A DNA stretch of 63,384 nt, counting the filler, from Bipalium vagum (lineage: Eukaryota): NCBI GenBank assembly GCA_037834085.1. It is 3 parts of 3 records of this genome, joined end to end, with 100 filler letters (N's around TTAATTAATTAA, not from the genome) between each part and the next. Parts side by side here need not be neighbours in the genome. Positions count along the whole stretch, not along the records: positions 15,967 to 44,267 come from JBBMKC010056816.1; positions 44,368 to 63,384 come from JBBMKC010013167.1; 1 more part is not named here. One strand, given 5' to 3'. Shown here in pieces: positions 41,930 through 51,775 of this stretch. Below the pieces are notes generated by a model. It was not told the origin of the DNA, searched no databases, and worked only from the letters and a program-made list of their open reading frames with translations. Position 1 is the stretch's first letter, and each line of letters opens with the position of its first letter. Made by a program: the position numbers and the translations under genes.

Positions 41930-44136
41930 TCTCTTAGGCAAAAGATGAATATCCAATGGAAAAGTCTGGGCTTGGATTGAATAAAATTTTCAATGAATTT
42001 GTGCACGTCATGTATTCAGTTCCGTATAAGTTGTCTAGCATCTCTCCCACATTCGGCATCGGGAATGCTTGCCTCTCCGTTATGGCATTTAATTTCCTGA
42101 AATCTAAACAAAATCTTACGTCTTTCCTTTCCTTCTTCCATACGAATATCAGCGGTGAATTCCATGGTGAGTTGCACTTTCTGATGATGTCGTCGAATAA
42201 ATTTTTTATGGCTTCGTTAATCTTCTCCTCTAAATGGATAGGCTGTCTACAAGGTTTAACTTTTATTGGTCCTCTTTTGGTGATTATTTTATGCTTGCCA
42301 TTTTTGTTTTACCGATAACCCAATTATCTGTCATTAATACTCTTTTATATGTGTTTATGATTCGTTCCAAAATTTTTTTGGGTGTCGTAACTAGAATTTT
42401 TAGTGCTCTCTGTAATCGTTTATTTTCCTATCAAATTTCGCCTCTATATTGCATAATTGCTCATTATATCTGTCTTTTTTCGCTTTTCTTTCTAGAGCAA
42501 ACCCAAACTGTCTTTGTAATTCAATCCCATCAATCAATCCTGGCTGTATGTCTTTTACTACTATAAATCTGACCTTTTTGTTGTGTGTTCCATATGCATA
42601 CGTCCACGTTTATTACACCCATCGTTTTAAGTGGGCTACTGTTAGCACATTTCAGATTGTCTTCGCTATCTCTTAATTCAACGTCCTTTAATCCTTCGAA
42701 AATCTTCCAGCTCATCACGTTGATACGGGCTCCTGTATCTAATAAACATTCGAATTGGTATCCTTGAATCTGAACTGTTACACTCGGTCTGCCTTTCATC
42801 TTATCATAGCTGATCTGTTGTCCTCTTTCTTCTATTAGCAGTATCTCGTTTCCTTGTTCTGCGCCGCTCGTTCTGTCTGCATCAATATTCAATTCCTCCA
42901 TTTTTATAAATCTGTACACTTTCTCCATTGCATCATCAGTTTTGTATATCTTTTTTTCCGTTTCCTCTTCTATAATATTTAATAAATTACTTCTATTATA
43001 CTTATAAATATCGCGATAGTTGACTTGATCTAGTTCATTGCTCCGATCAACTTGACTTCGTGTGGAGCGTTCGCGTTTGGGTGTTCTTCTCTAAACGTGT
43101 CTGATTCTCTATCGTAGCAGTACAATTTATCTCCTCTCCGAATGAAGTCCATATCCTCGTCTTCTGATACTCCATTAATGTACTTTTTGTCTGGCTTTTG
43201 CTTATTTTCTTCCATGTTGCGCCGCCAAGTTTGATAAAAGTTTGGATTTCTTACAATATATGTTGCTCGTCGTCCTGCGTAATTCTCCTTTCCGTTGTAA
43301 GACAATTTCCCAAGATTTGTGTAGGATTCTCCCGTTTGGTGTCCGTTTCTGTGATATCCCGAACATTTGGCTTTATTCCAGTCTTTCCTTAAGTGGTGTT
43401 CCGAACCGCAGGTGAAACATTGTCTTCTATTTTCTGGGCATTGTCTACTCATATGTCCAATCTTATTGCATATCCAGCATACTATTTCTCTCGCGCCATT
43501 TCGAACAGCGTTACGTGTTCTTTCCTGTTTCTTTTCTCTGGTGCTGTTCGTAAAACATCTCGATAACTTCTTACTGTATTTACGTTTTCCACCTTTGTCT
43601 CTTCTTCCTGGATGTCTTCCCTTTCTTTGATAATCGCGAACATACCATTCAATTTTTCACTTTTGATTTTCCGCTTCACATCTTTGTCTTTGCAACTGTT
43701 CACGATAAGCTCTTTCATTAATTAATTAAGCTCCTTCATTAATTGTTCTTTTTCCCATTTGTGCACCAGTAATTTTTCTGCTAGTTCCCCTATTTTATTT
43801 TTGTAGACATTGATTTGGTTTCCTTTCCGTCGGTAACTCAGGGCCTCTTCAATGTCTTTCATCATCGACGTTGGTTTATGGAAGGCCTTCAGAAGTCTGT
43901 CATCGAAACCGAGAGAGCTGTCTTCATTTTCGTATACATCTCGGATTCTTTTGTCTAAAAAGGCTACTTCGCATACTCTTCTTCACTCCAGCACCATCAA
44001 GGTATCTGGTGCACCTCTTGATAAATTTTTCAACATCTCCTTTTTTGAAGATCCCAGGGTGAATTGCTTCGTGGAGTAGGTCCAAAGAGATGTGGTTCAT
44101 CATGTTAGTGGTGGCTAAAAAATCGTTACTCTCCAT
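41930..44136 (-). mobile_element. Gypsy/Ty3 LTR retrotransposon fragment (gag, protease, start of RT)
   Basis: Gag with three CCHC-type knuckles (CWICNKIGHMSRQC, CFTCGSEHHLRKDW, CSGYHRNGHQTGES); protease CLLDTGARINV; RT SPWNSPLIFVWKK..VRFCLDFRKLNAIT..AFPMP. Frameshifted and 3' truncated. Confidence 0.92.
43025..43081 (-). promoter_or_regulatory. Predicted -1 programmed ribosomal frameshift signal (slippery site plus pseudoknot)
   Basis: C CCA AAC in gag phase, 6-nt spacer, stems GCTCC/GGAGC and TTGATC/GATCAA; the -1 frame is open into the protease ORF. Confidence 0.75.
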
Positions 44137-44267
44137 ATTTATTCAAATTTTTATCTTTGTTTATTCAAAACATTATTTGTGTATTATTTGACACTTTTTA
44201 TTTGTAAATTGTGATAAATTGTGAAAATTATAAAAATATATGTATACATGTCTCGAAATAATAATGT

Positions 44268-44367
44268 NNNNNNNNNNNNNNNNNNNNNNNNNNNNNNNNN
44301 NNNNNNNNNNNTTAATTAATTAANNNNNNNNNNNNNNNNNNNNNNNNNNNNNNNNNNNNNNNNNNNN
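44268..44367. other. Assembly gap with TTAATTAATTAA linker
   Basis: N44-TTAATTAATTAA-N44. Confidence 0.95.
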
Positions 44368-44389
44368 AAAACCTATATCTGATTTTTTA

Positions 44390-46553
44390 GTTGATTTATT
44401 TGTATTTTTGTAGTGTCCCTAATAATATGGCAAGGGACTGTAATTAAAAATACAGCAGGAAAATGTTTGAGGCCCGAAAATTCCTCTTGGATCGAATCAA
44501 CGAAAAGGAAAACACTCTGGGAAAGCAAAGAAATTTCTGGATACCAAAGGACAGCAAACTTATATGTCCAGAGGAAACTGGGCATCTGCATCAACATTAT
44601 CGAATCGATAATGAAAGATAATAAAAAACAAAAGTTCCAAAGCCGCAACGTTGACCTGGAAATGGAATCCAAGGAAGAGTGGTCACTTGATGAGGAATAT
44701 CAAATAGTAGCTCAGCAAATGGCTCCTGTGGATACAATTGAAATTTATCCATTTCCGTGTGGAAAAGAGAGCTATCAGACCAAAGTGACACAGAGCATGT
44801 CATCACAGGCTTGTGATTTCGAAACTGGAACAAAGGAGGATGATGATAATGATACCAAAGTTAAATATCGAGGAAAAATCAAGGGGGCTGGAAATCCCAG
44901 TCTGGATAGATATCACTTCAGAGCGATATCTCTCAAATCTCCAAATGTTGCGTGCACAGCGCCAGATTACACTACATATTTGAAAAACTAAGAAAACAAT
45001 GTAAAGCGATTTAGGGAAGACTATTTTAAAGTGCATAACATTGATATGCCATACAACCACTTGAATTACCTCTGCATATGTGGAAAAATTCTTGCTCACC
45101 AGCAGTTGTTGAACCACATTGAGAATCACAAAAGTGGTCAGCTTCCCATCGTCGAAAACTCTACTGCAAATTCAAATGATTCAAGTCAAGACATGAGCGG
45201 TTCGCAATGACTATCAAACTTTGATATTGAGTACTTCATTAATACAAATATTATACAAAGATCGATAAAACTTTGTTTTCTCATTTGGCCGGAAGCAGGA
45301 ATAGCATTGCAGAATGATAACTCATCAGCCTTCATGCATATTTTCCCATTCCACAAGCTTGATGAAAGGGAAATAATACTATGGCCGATCCACTGGCATG
45401 ATAACCACTGGCTCCTCTTAATTGCTGATAATATAAAGAAGAAAACAATTTTGATGGACCCACTTCTCACAAGAAACACAGAGGAGCAGACTGACTTTCA
45501 TCTAAAGCTAAACAAGGTACTTAAAAAGTCAATAATATCCTTGACCTATCAGGATATATAAATTTATGTATGACTGAGGAAGAGGCCCATTCACTGCAAA
45601 CGAACTCATATGATTATGGTGTATTTATTTGTCAATATGCAAATGACTATGTCTTCAGTCAAAACGACTAATGACCTCCTCATTTATCTCAAAGATCAAA
45701 TTGGGGTCATTCGGTCCAACAGAAGTAATGGAACAGATCAAAAATTATGTTAATGAAGGAAAACAGCCGAAAATTATAACCTCAATTCCAATCATCCAAA
45801 AACAATATTATCCAATTTTTTCAATCAGGAATACCTTTAAGTCAAATCCAAAAAAGGCATAAGACAAAATTGTTCAAGCCGCCCATACAACAACTTGTCC
45901 GAGTAGAACCGAAATTGAGAAACACTTTAGAACCAGAAACTCCCACCCCCTATACAATAATCATATATCAATTCTACCTTCCTTTTCAGAAGCATTCACA
46001 ACAATGCCCATTACACTTTGTTGGGGAAATTGATACATCCTTCAAATCTGGAACCAACTCTGCACCAGGTTCTGATGCCGTTAATTATGCTGACTGGAAG
46101 ACTCTAGATCCACAATATGAAATTCTTATATTTTTCTTCAATTATATTCTGGAAACTGGTATTATTCCTGACCAATGGCGTACAATCAAGAATTTACTAA
46201 TCATCAAGCCAAACAAAAACCATCAATTTGCAGACGTCTCGTCCTGGAGACCTATAGCAATTCTGAATTCGTCATATCGGTTATTGGCAAGAATGTTAAA
46301 TCAACGATTGTTAGACTGGATAAAAATTGTAAATTTGATTACATCAACTCAGAAAGGCATTATTCACCCTGAAGGATGTAGTGAACATAATGCAGCCATC
46401 GTCAATATTACTGAAATGGTGAATCGACCAATCTTCACCTATGCTTCCTCGACTTAGCCGACGCATTTGATCAGTGCCACACTCCCTATTATGGCTAACC
46501 CTTGAAAAAATGGGCCTGCAATACCAAACAATAAGTATGATTAAAAATCTTTA
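44390..46553 (+). mobile_element. NeSL-like non-LTR retrotransposon (C2H2 finger, Ulp1 protease, RT N-terminus), truncated
   Basis: CICGKILAHQQLLNHIENH zinc finger; Ulp1 IILWPIHWHDNHWLLLIAD...MDPL and LQTNSYDYGVFIC; RT motifs SAPGSD, WRPIAILNSSYRL, QKG..GCSEHN, FLDLADAFD. Cut at KNLY by a mariner TIR. Confidence 0.85.
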
Positions 46554-47360
46554 TATTAGGTGTATAACTATGACTCCGGTTTTTTTTAAAATGATAATAA
46601 AAATTTTGTTTGCATATCTAAATTATATTGAATTGATTTATAAACAAAAATATCCTATAATTAATAATATCACGAGACAGTTGTTTTAATCTTCCTTGTG
46701 TAAATATTATAGAGATTCAAAATATCAATATTCATCCCAAATAAACGAAATTTGCAGGAAGTAATTCTACATTACTTTATTGCCAAGAAAACTTCAGTGG
46801 AAACGTACCGCTTGCTTCGAGAAACCTATGGAAAACATGCTCCTTCAATGACCATATGTAAAGATTGGTTAATATGATACGAACGACAAGGTTCATGGGA
46901 AACCACAAAAACAATGTGAAGATAGAGATTTGAGAAGGATGTTGGACGAAGACCCATGTCAAACACAATCTGATCTGGCTGTCGCATTAAATGTGACTCA
47001 ACAATGTATTTCAAAACCTCTGGTAGCTTTAAGAATTATTCGAAAATTAAGAATTTCGTTCCCACATGAATTGACAGAAAGATGCATTGAACGGCGAAAA
47101 ACAATTTGTGATGTACTTCTTCAGAGACAAAAAAGAAAAAGTTTTTTGCATCGAATTATCACAGGAGACAAAAAATGGATTCGTTATGACAATCCAAAAC
47201 GCAAAGCAACTTGGGTGATGCCAGGTGAACCCGATCCATCAACATCGAAACAAAATGTCCACGGTTTGAAAGTTATGTTTTGTATCTGGTGGGATCAGAA
47301 AGACGTGATCTATTATGAATTTTTAAAATCTTCTCAAACACTAACTGATGAACTTTATCG
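46554..47360 (+). mobile_element. Mariner element 5' part (TIR, HTH, first catalytic D)
   Basis: TA+TTAGGTGTATAACTATGACTCCGG; LDEDPCQTQSDLA, FPHELTER, FLHRIITGDKKWIRYDNP, KVMFCIWWDQKDVIYYE. Confidence 0.9.
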
Positions 47361-47781
47361 ATCCCAAAAACGGCATTCACTTTCCAACATGATTTGGCTC
47401 CACCACATAAGACCAAAACCACCCAGGATTTCTTAAAAAATAAAAATATTGATGTCTTACCCTGGTCAGGCGATTCTCCTGACCTAAATCCCATCGAAAA
47501 TGTCTGGGTAACATCAAAAGAAAAGTTACCACAATGGCGCACAACTCTGCTGATGGATTATGGAAAGCAGTTCAAGACGAATGGTACAAACTTTCTGTTA
47601 AGTTGTGCAAGAAAATTGTATCCTCCATGCCAAAAAGATTAGTATTGGTCTAAAAATCAAAAGGATATCCCACCAAATATTAAATATTTATTTATTTAAT
47701 AAATTTCGAGTTTTAACTTATTCATTTCCATTAATTTTGTATATTCTATAGGGGGTGAACAAACTTTTTACAAGGACTGTA
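47361..47781 (+). mobile_element. Tc1 (DD34E) 3' part with right TIR
   Basis: FTFQHDLAPPHKTKTTQDFL...VLPWSGDSPDLNPIENVW...SKGYPTKY*; TIR ggggtgaacaaactttttacaaggactgTA. Confidence 0.88.
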
Positions 47782-48098
47782 TATATACTATTTTTTAGTT
47801 AGTTTATTTTTATTATTTACGTCATTTTAATTTTTATTTCTGACGCCATTTTTATTTTTAGTTCTGACATCATTTTTTTGTATTTATTTGTCGTCATTAT
47901 AAAAATTTTATTGTTTTTTCTTTTAACTAGCGTCTTTTTCTTTCTTATTAATTATTATTCTATTCATATATTTAAATTTTTTATTTTTTATTTATTAAGC
48001 TTTATTTTCTTCCTTGTGCTGATTTTATTATTATTACTATCATTATAATTATTATTATTATTACCATTACCATCATTATCATTATTATTTTATACATA

Positions 48099-48135
48099 TA
48101 CAGTAGCGCTCAAAAGTTAGTTGACACTAAAAATA
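48099..48135 (+). mobile_element. Tc1-type left TIR
   Basis: TA-CAGTAGCGCTCAAAAGTTAGTTGACAC has the typical CAGT..AAAAGTT start. Confidence 0.55.
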
Positions 48136-49239
48136 TATTTGTTTTTATGAAGTTTCTTTTTTATTATGACTACCCAAACAAATATATAAATATGTGTTTT
48201 CGTAAAAGCTAATCAAATCAATCAAACGAAAATTGTATTGAAATTGATATTAAATAAATGAAATATTCAAAAAAATATGCAATATTAAGAGTTCATAAAT
48301 TAGTTGTCATTGATAATGTAACATGAAAATCGAATTTGCATATAAATATGAATTAATAAGAACAATAACCTTATTTGTTCATTCTATTTATATTATTAAG
48401 TGAAGTCTTTGGGTTTGTGGGAGTTAGTAGAACAATACTAACTCGCAAATCACTTAACCCCACAAATATGTTTCATTAAAAAATTTTTTGATTGCTATTT
48501 TGTTATCATATAATTTAAGATTAGAGACAACCCGGTTCCATGAAGCTGAACCATCAACGAACGGTCTATTAAGGAAGTCATTGCCGAACCAGGAACCAGA
48601 TAGTACTTTAATTGGTGAGAGTTCTATTTATTTTTTTAAAATTTACATTGCTCTATTAATTTATTTTTTATAATTATAATTCCATTTTATTATTTATGAA
48701 TAAATATTTTTTATTATTTTTATCTGTTGTAAGGTAGAGAATCAATAAGTGGATTTAATTTACATTATAGTTCAGGAAATCAAAGGTGTTTCAGTGCGAC
48801 TTGAAAATAATGATCACTGATTGTCTAATCAAGTGATATTTTGGAACCAAATTGACATTTATTGTGTCGTCTCCCTTTTGTTTGTGTTTGGAGAATAAAG
48901 TTAATTGTCTTAATTCTTTAAATTTTTTAGTTTTTGGGTTAGCCAAAGACACATCCCTGTAAGCCATTGTGAAAAGCATATGTTAGAGACCGCAATAGGG
49001 TCTAGATTAGTTATCATTATTATAAATTAATTATTAAGACCGCAAAAAGGTCAGAAATAAAATAATAATAATAATAATAATAATAATAATTAATTAAAAA
49101 GTACAACATTAATTAAAACAAAAAATGGGCAATTAATTATTTCCTAAAAACGATCTAATCTTGACAATGGTGTACCTAAATTGTCAGGATTAGATCAGGG
49201 TCCTCAAGGAGGGACCGATTTAGAATTAACGAGCTATAA

Positions 49240-49533
49240 AGGGAATTGACATTCCTCATCGATAAAGCTGGTCTACGATTGATTGATCGTCTGACCAGAA
49301 TAGTATATAAGGAGTTTGAATCCACAGTGGATTTCCATAAAATTCTCCGAGAAATTTACGAAATTTTGCGTAAGAAAAAATTTGTGTCAGAAGATATTCG
49401 AAGTTTGTGCCATTGATGTTCTTAATTATTATGCGACAGGAGCTCATGACGGATCCTGTGCTGTTAGGGGGTTTCTGAGCGAACCGAATTTGGCTCAGCA
49501 GACCACCCTTTGGACCTGTCTTCATCACAATTG
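49240..49533 (+). CDS. Candidate spliced exons of an unidentified gene
   Basis: Joining c|gtaag...gacag|ga gives ELTFLIDKAGLRLIDRLTRIVYKEFESTVDFHKILREIYEILRAHDGSCAVRGFLSEPNLAQQTTLWTCLHHN, ending at |gtgag. Product unknown. Confidence 0.35.
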
Positions 49534-50328
49534 GTGAGAGTATCACTTTGTTTTATTTGTTTTTTAATTAACTGACATTTAATTATTTGATTTAATTATT
49601 CAATTGATTATTATTATTTGATTTTTAGTGTGATTGACTATTGAACATTTGTTTTGATTAATTCATTGCGTACACGTATTGATAAAAATGAAGGGGTTAG
49701 CAAACTTTGCGAGCTAAGTGTTACGACGGTGTTCGTAGTAAATAATAGCGTAACAGATTTCTATCGATTAATTTTAAAAAAATGTATAAAATTAACAACA
49801 TTCTAAAAGGAAATTTGAAAATACTACAATAACAATCTATTTATATTTATTAGATTATTATTATTTATTAGATTTTTATTTATTAGTTGGATCATTTATA
49901 AAATTTTTATTTCAATCAACATTTTTTTAATAAAATAAAAATTGATTTATATTCTATATGAACTTAATTAAATTTTTCACATAAATTAATTTTCTGCATT
50001 TAAATAAATGAAAATTAACTACGGAAATTCCCACAAAAATACTTTTTATGATTTTACATATCGTATCATTCTTCCATACATTTTCTGTTTCTAATTTTCA
50101 GATAAATATCCATTGTATTACCTGTTACATTCTTTACCATTAGTCAAGAGTATTGGAATTTTACTAGTTTTCTCTGAACCAATATAAATTTTTTTAGTAA
50201 TTTATACTCGAAAAAATAACTAGAATTATTTAACATCAATTCAGTCTTGAGTTTTAAATATTAAAACCTGTCAGAGCAGCGAAAAAAATAAAAATACTAA
50301 AATATTCTTTAAAAATATCAAAGTGAAT

Positions 50329-50496
50329 NNNNNNNNNNNNNNNNNNNNNNNNNNNNNNNNNNNNNNNNNNNNNNNNNNNNNNNNNNNNNNNNNNNNNNNN
50401 NNNNNNNNNNNNNNNNNNNNNNNNNNNNNNNNNNNNNNNNNNNNNNNNNNNNNNNNNNNNNNNNNNNNNNNNNNNNNNNNNNNNNNNNNNNNNNNN
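50329..50496. other. Assembly gap
   Basis: N run. Confidence 1.
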
Positions 50497-50587
50497 TAAT
50501 ATTTTTTTTTAAATAATTTTTATCATTTTTATAATGACAAAATCCCGCCGTGGGGATTATTTTTTTGATCAGGCTAATGGATTCCTG

Positions 50588-50745
50588 GAGATAGTGAAAT
50601 CTATTAGCCTCGACAGACAGGAGACTATCTAGGCGTAGAGATAGTGAAATCCATTAGCCTCCACAGAAGGGAGACTATCTCGGCGTGGAGATAGTGAAAT
50701 CCATTAGCCTCCACAGAAGGGAGACTATCTCGACGTGGAGATAGT
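50588..50745. repeat. 50-bp tandem repeat (3 full units plus a partial unit) with internal inverted repeat
   Basis: Units start at 50588, 50638, 50688 and 50738; consensus gagatagtgaaatccattagcctccacagaagggagactatctcggcgtg. Confidence 0.92.
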
Positions 50746-51775
50746 GGAAAGCAATAGTCGTCTCCGAGTAGTGATTGGTGATCGTAGACCAATCCGTACA
50801 CTTAAAAAAAGGAGACGGCTACTCCCGTTAAGTTGCCAAAAAATTCAATCAAAGATTTTCAATCAGAGATTTTCAAGCGGAGGAATCAGTCGAAAATCAA
50901 AAGTAACCATTGCTTAGGCAGCCGGATTTATTCAAAGTTATGCAGCCGGATTTTTTTTCAAGGGGATCCTGCGAGCTAGGGATTCCTAGGGGACTTGACA
51001 AGGGCCTAGAGGTTGACCCAAGGACCCACTTTTGGACGCTGTCGGTGAGATCGTTTTTGATTATTTTTATTTGTTCTTCAATTTTATTGTTAATATTAGA
51101 TTTAAATTTAGTAAAAGCGGGATTTCAGTTAACATTTCTTTTGTGATTGATTTAATATTTTTGATAGTTGATACAAATAGTTTTATTTCGAATTTATTAT
51201 TGAGGGAGCGGATATTGTATAGTGGAGGGTGTTTTATATTCAAAGAAAAAGAGGTATTTCGAACACGAGTTACACAAAGTGAGGAGTCACGTGCAGACGA
51301 GCACACGTTACTACATTTTAGTATAATAGTAACATATTGAATAAATGAACTATCTGTATTTTTATAAAATAAACGAGTGATGACAAGATATACATGCTTT
51401 CATATTATTTTCCATAAAAATAATCGATAAAAGGTGCTCTTTGAGAGCTTTATGAATAATAAATAGATTCAATAACAATAAGACCATAACAAATGATGAA
51501 ATGGAAGGACTACACGAAAAAATGTATGATACTAAACTGTTACAGGCTTGAAAAATCACCTAAGTAATTAATTCCAATCATACGAAGAGGTGAACAAGAC
51601 AAGAACAAAATGAATGATTAATATAACATTTTGATATTAAGAGATTATAAAATCACAATAGCAATAATAATAATTAGTATGAAGGTTTAAAAAAATCGAG
51701 AAATTGGAATAAAATTGTAATAAAGACTAAAGTTGTGATTATTTGTATAAAAATTTCACTAAAATAAAGCAAGTT

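Noticed and set aside
41956-44079. Plus-strand ORFs of 60-120 aa over the Gypsy region
   Set aside because: Antisense shadows of the minus-strand gag/pol.
49430-49570. In-frame TGA (LLGGF*ANRIW) as possible selenocysteine
   Set aside because: No recognisable selenoprotein motif or SECIS seen, and a different frame gives a stop-free spliced path.
50588-50745. CRISPR-like array
   Set aside because: The units are contiguous near-identical repeats with no unique spacers, there are no cas genes, and the context is eukaryotic.
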